64,000 nt of DNA from positions 1 through 64,000 of the forward strand of contig MU271446.1 of NCBI GenBank assembly GCA_021432655.1. Direction: 5' to 3'. Shown here piece after piece: positions 1 through 12,752 of the stretch; within the stretch, counting starts at the first letter, position 1; each line of letters opens with the position of its first letter. The notes under the pieces were generated by a model, which did no database searches, was not told the DNA's origin, and saw only the letters and a list, made by a program, of their open reading frames with translations. Both the position numbers and the translations under genes were made by a program. This DNA comes from Atractiella rhizophila (Eukaryota).

Positions 1-310
1 TCCAACATTCTCATCCCTGTCTAGCTCAAACCGGATGCTGGCATCCATGCCTCCTGTCCCATCTTCAATGTTGTGCGTCGCCACGTCATGATAAGCAAGT
101 CTAATCCACTCGGCTGCAGTATTAAATTTGTCTACGCCAGGTGTCGACTTCTGGCAAGATGTGAAAGGTGCATTGTCCAACGAAATGGCGCGCTCTGTCA
201 CTCCTTCATACAGCAACTTCTCCAATCGAGCAGTTGCAGATGGCAGACGCTCAGCGCATTTGGCTTCCGCTCTGACCCGGAGGATCACTACAAGAAAGGG
301 AATAAAGTGA
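1..310 (+). CDS. 3' end of an unidentified gene entering from the left edge
   Basis: Open frame ending ...ITTRKGIK* at 310, preceded by an intron-like segment (ctaat branch, ctgcag acceptor near 118). No recognisable domain. Confidence 0.3.
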
Positions 311-1500
311 ACGATTGAAAACATGTTGTAAGTCGAAAAGATTGTGATTGCACAACCAGCGGCACCATTTGGCACTTTTATGGATAGCAACTTCACCCTT
401 TGTCCATGTTCCGAGTGGCCGACAACTTCGCAGCAAGTTGAACAAGAATATTCAGCAAATTACAACTGATACAGCCTGTATTTAAGGAAGACTGGGGGCG
501 TTACACTATATATAGTCAGTCCAAGTATTTCGAGGGATCCATTCTGCCAAGGCTTCTCGGGTGCTGAGAAGCACCCTGTTCAATGCGTCGAGTCTACAGT
601 TTTCGACGAGAAATATCTATGAATTTGACAGCTCACCAATAACCACATGATTCATTGATGTCGTGATGCGAAAGTCCCACGACGACGACGCGATGAGGAT
701 AAAAGCTTAACATGAGTGTTCGGACTTCGAGTCTCGAGACATCTGAGCCGTGCAAAAATTGCGCAAACCGCGTAAAGTACCCCTCGAGCACCTCAAGCGG
801 CGAGATTGTACAAGCACGTAGAGAGAAACAACAACACGCACACACCAGTCAATCCTTATATCCTTACAAGTGTATCAGTGGAACCCAGCCTCCGGCGGCT
901 GACGATAGCCTGGCACAGATACTAGATCTTACTGCTGCTAGGAGCAAGGCGCCATTCAAGACTACGCTGGAGGTGGATAATCAAATCAAGTGTGTTTCCC
1001 TCACCTGTCCTGACTGTGTTGGGGATTTATGACGGGTATAAGATCGCTGGAAAAGAGGATCGAATCTGCAACTGTGAAGCTTGTTGAGGAAGAGTGGACC
1101 CTCACTGAAATATCTTTACGAAGACCGTGGAGCTCGAAGTTTGCAGCTCCGGATTCTTATGATGAAAACGTCACACAGTTCAGTCGAGAGGCGACCTGCA
1201 GAATTAGCTTCGGGTTCTCTCCACCGCAATGAGAGGTACAACTAAGAATTGCCCAGTGACCAAGTACGTTGTCAGCGTTATTTTATATTATTGGTTCATA
1301 AAATTGGTCATGAAAAGCTCCGAAGTTTATTCAACGGTCTCCTTCTTTGCTCGCGCGATTCGAAATGGATATATGCTCTCATATGCCTCAGTTTCCTTGA
1401 GTATGCCCAATGCACTCCATTTGGTCAGTTTCTTTTCGTTTCCACAAGTTAATAGCCTCAGCTGATCTAGCTTCTGTAGCAACGCACCTTGAGAACAATA

Positions 1501-2219
1501 ATGACGTCCTCTTCACAACATCTCACACGCTCCGTCCTCTCCTTCTGGTATGAACTTCCACCAGATACTACGCACGAGAAGCTGGAAACAACCATTCGTG
1601 GCCTAGAAGTTACCACAGAAAGGACGAAAAGATGGTTTCTTCCCGACCGCAACTTCGACGAACAGTGCACGTTAGTTCTTCACCCAAACCCCAGGATATT
1701 AATATTCTGACTGCGTTTGGCCATAACGAATAACATAGCAAAGACTTCAAGTCTGCTCTAGAATCATTTCGCACGAACCGCCCCGATCCAGTCGCTTTCA
1801 AAGACGACCAAGTCTCCCTGCTAGCACACGTAATTCTCCTCGACAATCTCTCCCGCAACATATACCGTGGCTCGTCCGCCTCAGTCGTTTTCTCGTACTT
1901 CGATCCTCTAGCTCTCTCTTTTGCCCGCCTCATCCCCACGTCTTACTGGTCCGGCATACCATGGGTGGAGCTCTTCGCATTCCTCCCGTTTGAACATTCA
2001 GAGTCTCTCGACAACCAGAAACATCTTTTATCCCTATTAAGGGATCGTTCGAGGAAGGGAGCGATGTATGATCAATCGTTGGAGTACGCTTTAGAACATA
2101 TTAGTGTCATCGAGAGGTTTGGCAGGTTTCCGCATCGAAATGCCGTGCTTGGGAGAGAAAGCTCAGAGGAGGAGAACGCATGGCTAGAAAGCGAGCATAA
2201 ACCCAAGTGGGCGAAGTAG
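1501..2219 (+). CDS. DUF924 family protein (2 exons)
   Basis: Motifs: N-terminal 'VLSFW...KRWF...FD', 'VILLDNLSRNIYRG', 'FAFLPFEHSE' and 'VIERFGRFPHRNAVLGRES'. One intron at about 1670-1738. Confidence 0.9.
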
Positions 2220-2406
2220 AAAAGCTTGCCAGTGGAAATAAAATATCCTGCTGTTGCCACAAAATTAGTGCTGACAGGAATGGCTCGTGTGCAAAATGGA
2301 TTTAATTCAAGTTGACTGAAGAACAGTCTCAGAGATATATCATCTAACAAGGAGAACATCATTACATTCCACCAGGACGTCATATCGTATCACTATAAGT
2401 AAGAAA

Positions 2407-4970
2407 TCAATAATCAACCCTCCATCCCCCCTGTCTAAGCCGTTCGCAACTCTCCAATTTCATAGCCTGCAATCTCTTGACCTCATCCCAATCGGCTCCT
2501 ATACCCAAGAAACCCTTCGCGTTCGTTAGACGCTCATGACGATCTTCGATTTCCCGTCTACACTTGTATTGTAACCGACGAAGGTGCTCAGTCTCGACCT
2601 TGTCTTCGAATCGTCTAAGGGAATTCGGAAGCTTGAGTGGCGGAAGTTCAGGCGGAAGCTGAGAGAAGAGAGAGATAACCTCAGATTTATACGACGATGT
2701 GGAAGGTGAGTGTTTTGGCGAAAACTTTAGAGCCTCCTTATTGAGGGACACAATGTCCTCCCAAATCTTGTGTTGAGCGAAAGCCCTGACCACAAACAAA
2801 GCGTCAGCGACTATGCCTATGCTCGGGAAGGGACGAGCAAGTACCGAGAGTTGACGAAGTATTTGACACCTCCTGCCTTCCCCATCCCTGCTCCACTCGT
2901 CATCCGTTCCAGGTCGTAGCCCTTCATCCTGTCAAACGAATAACTAAGGTCTTTCTCCACTTCTCCTCCAAACCAGCTGATATTCGAAAGGATCGTGAAG
3001 AACACGAGGGCGAGAAGAGGAAGAAACTGCATCCACCCTGATCCGCCTTCGCCTCCTCCTTGGCCATTAGCTTGTGCCGGACGCCGCCGTGGCATTCCTC
3101 CCATCCCCATGCCCCCTCCAAATGGGCTCCCTCCGTACGACGTAAATCGTATCCCACCTGGTCCATAGAACGTCGTTGTACCTCCTCCCATACCGCCCAT
3201 AGGTCCTCCCATGCCGCCGCCAAAGAAGAAATTGAACAAGTCCTAAGTACCATTCGATTAAAAATGTGCAGCCAAAAGATGGGAAAGGACAAACCTCTGG
3301 ACTTAAGTCTTCACCTCCCATCCCTCCCATTCCGCCTCCTCTCCGGAAAGTCTCAAAACCTCCACCGCCGCCACCACCTCCTCGAGAATCAGGATCACTG
3401 CCAGTCTGATCGAAGATGCGTCGTTTCGATGGGTCGCCAAGTACGGCAAAAGCTTTACCGATCACTGTATTGGTTCTGCAGTCAGCGCGGTGGAAGCGCT
3501 ACAGGATAGACGTACTCTTGAAAGCTTCATCTGCACCAGGCGCGGAGTTCTTATCTGGGTGTGTTGAGAGGGCAAGCTGGAGAAGAAGTCACTACGCGAA
3601 AACAGGTTGCTATCTCATTGCCGCTTTGAGCTGAACGCGATCCAAAAAAAAAAGCCCAGGATAACGTTTCAACTAACCCTACACTTGATGAACAGGTTTG
3701 TAAAGATACGAATTGTGAACGGCTCTTTCCTTTCAACATAACTAAGACAAGTACAGTGGATGAATAAACATTTAAACCACTACTCAAAATGAACCCGCAG
3801 CAGGGAACGCCATAAGCAGGAAGGCGAAATTGTCTTGTGAGACGTGATGTCGCATACCTGATGACCCATAACTTTTGTTCTGGCAAGTAAGTAGAAGCAC
3901 AAAGGGAGTTTTAACGGTAATGGCTCCTTCCATGACAGCAGCCACTGTCATATCGCAAGAGGTTTTCCAGCACAAGTCTTACTATATCATGACAAGTTTC
4001 CTCAGAAGACGTCTAACTAATACGTTCTGTGACAATGGTAGCTAATGATGATAACGTCCCTAGTACATAAGTAGTAACTCTACGGGAGTAAGATGCATGC
4101 AAGAGATTGGTGAAAACACAAAGGTTGAACGACAGGTGTTATTGAAGGCAGTGGTCAACGCTAGACCTCAAGAGGTCAATTCATTGACAACTATAGCTTG
4201 TTGGAATTTCCTTGGTACCCTTCCCTAGCTATTGCCACGAGGAGAGACGGCTGCCCAGGTCACAAAGCACAGGATAGGGACAAATAGAAGTAAATAATGT
4301 GGCAATGATATACATCGCATGACGAAGCCAGAGAAATAGAGCCGTCACTGCAATAAGCAGATATTAAGGAGACTAATGAACGAACACATGTTTTGCCTCC
4401 AAGCTTTGGCCTTTGTGTGGACTGCCCACTTTTAGTACAGCCCGTCCAAATTTACTGAACCCAATTCTTACAAAAGAATAACACGACTCCACCATTCAAC
4501 CCACTCTCAACACTCGAGAGACAAAGACGCACCTTTTTATAAGCCCTCTTTATCGCCTCCTCCTCACAGTCCTTCTCCAACTCGAGGATTTTGTAATAAT
4601 CCGTCACCTTGCACGCCCTCACCCTCTTCACCAAGTCCTCCTGTTTCTTAGTCCACGTCTTCTTCTCCTCCTCCTTTTGCTCTTTCTCCTTCCCCTTCTC
4701 CCTATTCCTCATCCCGCCATCGATTCCATTCGGCCGTGCACTTGCCGCCGAAGTGCTGGCGGTTCCATTGGAACTTGCGCTGGTTTGCCTCGGGGCCTCC
4801 TTCAGCCTCCCCTCGACCTCCTCTAGCAGAGCGAATCCTTCTTTGGTCTCATAAAGGGTGAGAGACTTCTTGATAAGCCGTAAAGCAAGCTGTAAATCGG
4901 GAGAAGAGGAAGACAGTGCGCCGCGAGCCTTGGAGAGGGCGAGGGAGGCCGCGTCCCGGTTTGCTTCCAT
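2407..4970 (-). CDS. HLJ1: ER-membrane J-domain co-chaperone, HLJ1/DNAJB12/14 type (J domain, G/F-rich region, TM helix, DUF1977-like tail)
   Basis: MEANRDAA N-terminus. J domain 'DYYKILEL...IKRAYKK|LALSTHPDKNSAPGADEAFK' with HPD. GGMG-rich region, TM 'FLPLLALVFFTIL', C-terminal 'FEDKVE...LQYKC...SCERL'. Intron 1 spans 3577-4532. Confidence 0.93.
3645..4470 (-). ncRNA. Candidate intron-encoded structured RNA (~820 nt), family unknown
   Basis: Lies inside a 956-nt intron. At least 7 hairpins, several of which need G-U pairs that work only on the minus strand. Possible terminal stem and a U10 tract at the 3' end. No credible ORF. Confidence 0.5.
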
Positions 4971-5590
4971 TAGCGCAAGTGGTGGTATGGCAGGTATGAG
5001 GTCAAGACAGGGAGAACAAGTACAAAGAGCTCAAGGCGAGAAAAGGAGGCTGAACCAGATCGGTGTCGTGGAAGAAGTTCTTTAATTCAGGATCACCTTT
5101 CGAAATGCAGCACAACAAATTTGAGATTGCAAGGAAGACTATTTCGCTTCAGAGTTGGCTTTATTATAAAGGTGCGCTCCCTAAGTTATTACGTGAATGC
5201 AGAATAAATTAAACCAAGTCCTGGAATATTTATGCTGGTGTTGCAAAGGAGCACAATCTGTTGCAACATGGAAACTGTGATGGAATCGGATGGACAACTT
5301 CAACTCCTTCCCGATAGACTCGACAACCCATTGGTTTTAGTCTTTTAATATTGATTTAGACTATTGGTTGAACCTGGGGGAGACCGTTCTCGTTGTCCTA
5401 CAGCGTTTGCCTGAACGTGAATCCCGAAGTGGCTCTGATTTGTCCCTTCGTCATACCCATCAATTTTGAATATTAGGTCTCATGTTATATGTATGGTTCA
5501 TGATACGATGGACTCTTTCCTTTCGCCCGCTGCTTTGGCAGAGCGTGTCACTTTATCTGACTCTCCATTGTTATATCTAGTCCACATACA

Positions 5591-6163
5591 ATGATCAGAC
5601 TCATCAAGTACGACGATTTAGTTCAAGAGCCCTCAGACATAAAAATGCTCGATGCTTCCGTCCAATTTTCGTCACAAATCTTTCCACTGTCTTTTCCCGA
5701 AGGCGACAGATACGGTGACTACGGATTTTGGAAAGACACGTTGGACCGTCACGCTGGAATGCTTTACGTCTCCATCCTTTCATACGACGATCCTATTCGT
5801 GGCATCATGTTTGTTAAACGCAAACCTCTTTCTTCCATCCTCCCATCTTCCCATCCACTCCATTCACTGCCGATGACGGAGTCTTGGCATATATGGATTG
5901 CTGCTGTCTCTCCGGAGGAAAGAGGAAAGGGGCTTCTCTCGGAGCTCTTTCAAACTTTCATCAACACATTAGAAGATGAAGATTCGACTCACATCTCCGC
6001 CTTGAGCGTGAGGACGATACCAAGTATATTCCAGAATATGGTCCATTGGCTGAACAAGGAGTGGGAAATTAGGGGGAAAGCAAGAAAATGGGAACGCGTC
6101 GAAACAGAGAGGCCGACAGGGAAGGAGGACGAGAAAGTAGCATTCATCATGAATCTACAATAA
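5591..6163 (+). CDS. GNAT-family N-acetyltransferase (single exon)
   Basis: 190-aa ORF with acetyl-CoA-binding motif A 'HIWIAAVSPEERGKGLLSELF'. Confidence 0.8.
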   Translation: MIRLIKYDDLVQEPSDIKMLDASVQFSSQIFPLSFPEGDRYGDYGFWKDTLDRHAGMLYVSILSYDDPIRGIMFVKRKPLSSILPSSHPLHSLPMTESWHIWIAAVSPEERGKGLLSELFQTFINTLEDEDSTHISALSVRTIPSIFQNMVHWLNKEWEIRGKARKWERVETERPTGKEDEKVAFIMNLQ

Positions 6164-6446
6164 GTTTGAATTGGAAATGGAACTCACATGGACGCTCTCA
6201 CTCGCAGAAGTCCAATACCGGGACGATATGCATCTCCTGATCACTTCAAATCTGCCGGACATCACCAGTGCGAGTTTTAGAAGGGTGAAGACTCCTACTC
6301 TTCTTCGGAGATGCAGAAAGACTACTCGCTTGGATCTTATTACCGATTCGTTCTCGTCTTTAATGACATGCTTTCTTCTCATTTTCCAATTTTCATGCTT
6401 TCCTGCACCTAAACCCCGTCATTGTTTTCTTCCATGCAATAACGTG

Positions 6447-7884
6447 CTAAAACCCCTTTTCCTCAGCCCCGTCCGAAGCGCCATGTCTGAGCACAAGGTA
6501 TTCCATGTCAGCTTCTTTGTCAAAGACGGCTACGAACCTAGCACCGACGACCTTAATGGTTGCAATTATTTGTTCAATGGCTTCCAACTCTTCTTGCGAG
6601 AGCTCAACATCCAGGGCACCCAAATTCTCCTCGAGGTATTTCAGATTTTTTGTTCCAGGTATCGCGAAGAAACTAGGCAAGGCGATTAGTCTTTCTAGAT
6701 TAGACAGCCAGACGCACTCATCCCCTTGAGCCAATACCCATGCGAGAGTGAGCTGAGAAGGCGTGCATCCCTTCTTGGTCGCTAGTTCCTTCCATGCAGG
6801 CTTTTCAGCTGCGTCAAGCCGGTCGAACTTGACGATACCTTAAGTGATTCCACAAGTTTGAGGTTCTAACACATACTCTCAGGTGGAATTAAGCAAGTTG
6901 AAGGATCAAAATTTACTTCTTGAAATGCCTCCCCTTGGAAGCGTGGGCTTGTAAGCCTCCAATCGTCTGGCTCAAAGTCAGCTGGACTTTTATATGCTCC
7001 GGACAAGAAGCCTTCCTCGCTCGATCAGTCGACTGGGTTCAAGTGGAGTGGACGGAGTGCATACCTCGCCCAAGCGGAGCGTAGCAAACAATTGCAATCC
7101 CCAGCTCTCGGCAAACATCCAGAATTCCATTCTCTCGAATATCTGGCGTCCAAGGCGAGAACTGCGTCGCTTGGTGAATCATTTGCTCCATACGTTAACC
7201 AGAGAAGCAACGAACCTCAATTTCCAACGCGTTTATTGGCACGATGCTGTGCGCCATTCATATTTCTTCCACTGTGGCCTCTGATATTCCTAGGCACTTG
7301 ACCTTGCCGTCATTCTTTAGCTCTTTGAGAGCACTCCAAGTCTCTTCAATCGGGATGCTCCTGTCCACCTTACATAGATCGTTCAATCTGGCTATCAGTA
7401 AAAATTTCGAAACGAACTCTGTGCTGATAGTAAAGCGAGATAGTATTTACCCCCAACCTTTCCAAGCTCTCGTCGACGCTTTTTCTTACGTGTTCCCTAG
7501 TTCCAGAAACTCCGATTCCAGACTCTGCGTCCTTCAGGAAGAGCCCGAATTTGGTGGCCACGAATGCCTTCTTCTTGTACCCCGGATCTTTGAGTACCTC
7601 TCCTATCAACGTCTCGTTGTGTCCAAACCCATAAGCGTTAGAGGAATCGATGTGAGTGCATCCTTTATCCAATACCTACCAGAAAGCGTCATTCCAAAAG
7701 AAAGGGGAGAGGACAGGGTGAAAAATAAACTTACGGCCTTCAACAAGGCAATGGAATTGGCGTCGGGGAGCGTTTTACCATATCCGACAGGCGAGAGACC
7801 CATGACTCCATATCCCAAAGCGGGAATCAGGGGTCCATTTCGTCCCAAACGGCGGAGAGGATTGGTTCTGGATGAATGTTGCAT
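6447..7884 (-). pseudogene. Aldo-keto reductase (yakc/AKR13-like) with one in-frame TGA
   Basis: Motifs 'LGYGVMGLS', 'IDSSNAYG', 'FVATKFG', 'LYYQHR', 'YAPLGRG', 'QLTLAWVLAQG', 'IPGTK'. One exon reads 'LGISEATVEEI*MAHSIVPI', with the TGA at 7258-7260 where family members typically have Arg. Confidence 0.8.
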
Positions 7885-8956
7885 TTTTTCTGCGTGAACT
7901 CTCTCATGAGTCCTAACGATAGTATGGGTGCTGTATATATGCGATTCTAGTAGGAGGCAAAGTTTCCTAACAGATTGAGGTAGAGCGAGGCGAGGCTGAA
8001 CGATGGACAGCAGGACGGATTTGTTTCGACAACGTAAGGTCTGGAATATTGGGTCAAATTCCAACACAATGTCACCCATACGCCAACTAGTAAGGACGTT
8101 CCCCACTCTGTCCAAACTTCACGAGAATATCAAAGGAACGGTATCCGAGCTCTACATCGACATACCGCCAAACGTCAACCCAAGGTGTCACAACTCGACT
8201 TATGGGTGGAGCGCAATCACAAGTGCACCAGCAGACATTAAGATGTGCAACTAGACATACAAGGCTCAGTCGATGCAACATGAAGATTTTGCAGTGTCTG
8301 AACAGAGACGGTAAGAGATGAGGTCGGAGGAAGCCTAGCGCTGAGGTGGATCACATCGACGTGAGCGCTGATTGAAGGCAACTAGCATCCCATTCCACGG
8401 GGAAGGTTCCTACCTCACTATGCAGCTTTAGACGGTCTGATGAAAGCGCAGTACTACAGAGCGAAGCAGATCACTCCCCGACATGAAAATACGAGAAATG
8501 TATAGAGACATGACGTGCAGTTCATTGTTGCTCCCTTCCGCGCACCGTCCGACACAGATGTCTTCGCTTGTGAAGCATGAAAGTGAACGGTAACTGATGG
8601 GGAAGGTCATGACAGGATAAGACTGGGGAGACGGAATATTTGCGATTAGGAGCACAATAGAAAGCTTGCTTCATGCTTCTCTTTGCTGGTGTCTGTTCTC
8701 GAAAACATGGACCGTCATACGGCGAAGAAAGAAATGCAGACACTTTTACTCGCCTCACTTCTCCAGTTGTTGTATTGCTCCACTCTCAACCGAACCGACG
8801 CTCACACTGCAACATCCAATCTCTAATCAAACTGAGAAAGCTCCACTCGATTCTCGAGCCTTCTTCCCGAATGCGGCGTCGGCATCTCGCGTGACGTAAC
8901 CTCATTCCGAGTACAAAAGAAAAAAGCATCCAGCCCACCACCCAAAGCTGATCAAA

Positions 8957-10048
8957 ATGGCAGCCTTCTTTCGTCTGACCACTCCCTCCTCCTTTTCGCG
9001 TCTCCGCCCTTCCTCGCTGCAGCAACAGCTACAAGGCGCAAGGCACTTCTCGTCCCAGCCATCGCCCCTCCGCCACCACGCCTTCCGGAACGCCTTCCAC
9101 TCCTCCAAGCGCAGCCAGAGCTCGTCCTCCTACGCCCAGCCGCTCTCGCAGAGGGAGAGGTACATCAAGTACGCCACCAGCGGCGCCATCATCGGCGGCA
9201 CCCTCGTCGGCACCCATCTCTTCCTCAACCGCGAGACCCGCGACTCTCTCACCCCCGGAGAGCGCGAGCATCTCCACTCCACCTTCACATATGTCGGAGC
9301 TGGTCTGGGAGTCGTCGCTGTCACCGCCGTCGGACTGCACAGGGCGGGATGGAGCGTGAGGATCATGAGAGCCAATCCGTGGTTAGTCATCGGTGGATCG
9401 TTAGTAGGAAGCATAGGATGCATGATGGGGGTGTACAACACCTCACCCTCCAACAAAGCCGGCAAACGTGCGTCTTTCTTCCTTCTCCTCCTATCAAGGA
9501 TGGAAAAAGTGATGGTGTGACGCAGACCTCTCATGGCTCGGATTCAACGCCTTCCAAGCCCTCACCCTCTCCCCCCTGCTCTTCCTCCAACCCGCCCTCC
9601 TCGGACGCGCCGCCCTCTACACAGCCGGCATCCTCGGCTCCCTCTCCTACGTCGGCGCCACCGCCAAATCCGACACCTACATCTGGCTCGGCGGTCCGCT
9701 CCTCGCCGGCGTCACAGTCGTCGCCCTCTCCTCCCTCGCTCCCCTCGTCCTCCCAGCCACAGCCACGGTAGCTTTGGCCGCTAGTCAGGGCATTTGGCTG
9801 TACGGTGGACTGGCCGTGTTCGGTGGGTTCGTCTTGTGGGACACGCAGAAAATTGTCCGTCTTCTTACCCTCCTTTCGACGGCGTATTGATCGTTTATTA
9901 GATTGCACACGGAAAGAAAGCGGAACAGTCCGGTGGAACGATAGTCGCTGACCCCGTGGCGGACGCCATCGGTTTGGAACTCGACTTTATCAACATCTTT
10001 GTCAGGATGATCTACATCCTCGGAATGGGCAACAACAGGAGGAAGTGA
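8957..10048 (+). CDS. Mitochondrial Bax-inhibitor-1 family protein (GHITM/MICS1-like)
   Basis: Arg/Ser-rich presequence, 'FLNRETR', multiple TM segments, 'YGGLAVFGGFVLWDTQKI', C-terminal 'LELDFINIFVRM...NRRK*'. Two introns. Confidence 0.92.
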
Positions 10049-10233
10049 TTGTTTCCCTCCCTTTTCTTTCTGTCTTGATGGACGAGGATTGTAATTAGGA
10101 GATGCAATTCATACCTTGTGGGAACCTGTAAAATAGTTGGGTATCTGTGTCAATGCCATTGCTCCGCTCCATTATAGTTACATTCGCTTCGTCCATTCCT
10201 CTTTTGAGCTTGTCCTGAAAAGTGATGACCATA

Positions 10234-12417
10234 TCAATGTTCCATGAATGCTCCTCCACGCGTGTGACGGAGCATCATCTCCTTCGCTGTCTCGGGACAT
10301 CCATCATCAGCCGGCGCCACTGTATCCGCCAACACAACACGACGCAACGCGAAGAGGGAGATGTCAGACCGAAAGAAAGGAGGAGGAGGAGAACGCACTG
10401 TGTCCACATCCCTAAAGGAATTCGAAGCGTGAAGATCAGCTCAAGTCCATGGACCACGCAAAGAAGGGAGAGGAGGATGAGACGGACAAATAGAACCGCC
10501 CTCGTTAAGGGCCCGTGTTGTTGGATGTATCCCCTCAGCTCTCCTTCGTCGTTCTTCCACACCTTCACACCAGCATAAGCAATAATTCGCCAGAATGGAG
10601 GAAGAGTGAGTGACGATACCTTGCGAGGAGCAGCGTTGAAGGCAGCCGCGCCGCTCCAGTTCGTTTCTTTTATCCATGCGCTATTCGAGATCACTCCATC
10701 CCTCAGATCCCAGCTGTCCATCACAAACACAGTCAGCCCTTAGGAAGAGAAAGGGAAAGGGAGAAAGACGAACTTTCCCTGATACAACAACAAAGGCACG
10801 CCTCCCTCCTCCAACACCTCCTCCACGTTCCCCTTCTCGCTCTTCATGATGTCCTCCCTGAGGTGATAGAACACGTTCTCGTCCTTCCCGAACGACATCC
10901 ACTCTGGGACGTGCAGCGCCCTCTTCGTCGACTTCAGGTTCAAAAAGTCCGAATAGGTGGTATGATCGGGATGGACCGAACCTAGGCGGACGTCATACAT
11001 ATCTACATCCCCTGTTTTCATCCATCAACCCAACGCAGGGCGACAGCGTCAGCTGTTGAAGCTGAGATGAAAAGATGGAAGTGTACCCGTGAAGTTTTTC
11101 AGCTGCTCCCACATCTCTTCTCTCTTCTCCAACCCCTTCATCCACTCCTCAGCAACAGTATGTTCCTGAGCCAACGCAATAGTCTCTCCCACGATCCCAG
11201 CCTGGACTTCATCTATGAGGCCTATTGCCATATCTATACCGCCGCACGAATGAATCCGTCAACTTGCACACAATCTGAGCAGGTGACGGATGGAGAGGAG
11301 GACGAACAGTGCATCGGGTGGGTGGCTATCTGAGGGAAAGGGTCAGTCCACCCGTTCCCTATCGCTACCGTCTTAAGAGGAATGTCAGGGTGGTGGGTGC
11401 GAAAGTGCTGTGCGAGCTGGGGAATGTATTTTCCTATCAATCCGTCCATCAAACGTTCCAAACGCCAAGGAGAGGAAGGCGCACCCCCGTATGATTCGGA
11501 CGCGACATGTAGATCCACCTCCTTCATGTGTGGATACAATGCATAAAAACCATGTATAAACTCGGCCAGATCCTTCGAGACCTGATACACACGTCACATT
11601 TTTCGGTGGAAAAGTAATCAAGGAGGGAGATGCGTACGGCGAGCTGGTTGGTCGTATATCCATGAGACCAACCTTCCTTCTCGACCTCGAACTGACCTTC
11701 ATTCCACTGCATCGACGAGTCCTCCGATTGGAACTTTAGCCCATCTCCTTCCTCTCTCAAAGAACCAAAAAAACTCTCCCACTCGCTCTCCTTCCTCACC
11801 GTCGGTGTATACCCAGCTCCCAGTCCCTCATCCCAGAATTTTGTGTGTGCCTCGCTCAATTGTCCGTCTTCTCCAATGTCTCGAGAACGATATCCGTATC
11901 CATATTTGAGTGCAGAGGCGGTCTGGTTGACGTAGGAGAAGCCGGTGCCTACTGGATTGTCGATAAAGAGCATGGAAAAGTCGGAGGCGTAGGTGTTCGG
12001 GTTCAGAGTCAGCGTGTAGTTCGTTAGGCCATCGAGGGTAGTTGCGGAGGAGACACGGAGAGGACCCATGAGGAGCAGGAGACCGAGCATGGAGGAACCT
12101 CCTGGGCCGCCTACGTCGATTCAAAAAGCGAAATAGTGTCAGCGTATCCTTGCAAGTTGGACAGATCAAAAGTTGTGAGGGTCACCTTGGAGCCAAATCA
12201 TCAACGGCTTTTCTTTATCCACATGAGGGAAGAACCAGTAGAACAGCTCTCCCACTCCGCCTCTGACAGGTATGAATCCAGCGTAAGAGTTTGGGAGCGA
12301 GGAAGGGTCGATGGAGGGGGAGAAGGGAAGCGCTGTGGGAGGGACATGGTGCGGCTTGTGGGCTGCTGTTGGAAGCTGGAGGCTGGGCAGGAGGAAGAGA
12401 AGTGGTAGGAGCCGCAT
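10234..12417 (-). CDS. Secreted serine carboxypeptidase (peptidase S10)
   Basis: Signal peptide, 'LFYWFF', 'WLQG|GPGGSS', 'FIDNPVGTGFSY', catalytic 'SESYGG', 'AIGNGWTDP', 'LLYQG', spliced 'GH|MAP'. Multiple introns. Confidence 0.92.
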
Positions 12418-12680
12418 ATTGCAATGACTTTATCTACTAGAGACTACGACTTTGGGACTTGGTCGTTTTCCCAGCAGTAAGTTATGACAATCATGACAAC
12501 TTGAAATTCAATTTGCAAATGCAAATGTTCGATCAAGGTTTTCAAGTCTGAAGGGATCCAGATATAGGCGGGACATACACTACGCTAGTGATACAGTAGC
12601 CACGAAAGGGTAGGTGATTAGAAAAACCGTTCATAGGAATGAGAATGAGAGCAAGAAAGAGTAAAAAAGCCTCAAAAATA

Positions 12681-12752
12681 CTCCCCAGCCGAGAGTCGAA
12701 CTCGGGTCTTCTGTGTGAAAGACAGATGTCCTGACCGTTGGACTACTGAGGA
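12681..12752 (-). tRNA. tRNA-Glu (anticodon TTC), intronless
   Basis: Reverse complement folds as a cloverleaf: acceptor TCCTCAG/CTGGGGA, D arm GTCC/GGAC, anticodon arm TCTGT-CT TTC AC-ACAGA, T arm CCGAG-TTCGACT-CTCGG. A T5 terminator follows. Confidence 0.97.

Noticed and set aside
700..1450. Short plus-strand ORFs that look vaguely coding
   Set aside because: No recognisable motif and no consistent splice model.
3673..3681. CTAACCCTA, a 1.5-repeat TTAGGG telomerase-template-like 9-mer in the long intron
   Set aside because: It is on the plus strand, whereas host transcription and the G-U pairs point to a minus-strand RNA. A 9-mer of this kind can occur by chance in 1 kb. Worth revisiting only if an antisense transcript is found.
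3679..3689. 11-nt match to U2 snRNA (AUCAAGUGUAG on the minus strand)
   Set aside because: The flanks do not continue as U2 (no GUAGUA, no stem I). On the antisense strand there is no correctly placed D box for a guide RNA.
7258..7260. Selenocysteine interpretation of the in-frame TGA
   Set aside because: The aligned residue is typically Arg rather than Cys, no SECIS was recognised, and Dikarya are not known to use Sec.
6171..7897. Plus-strand ORFs of 172 and 217 aa
   Set aside because: Mostly antisense shadows of the aldo-keto reductase exons.
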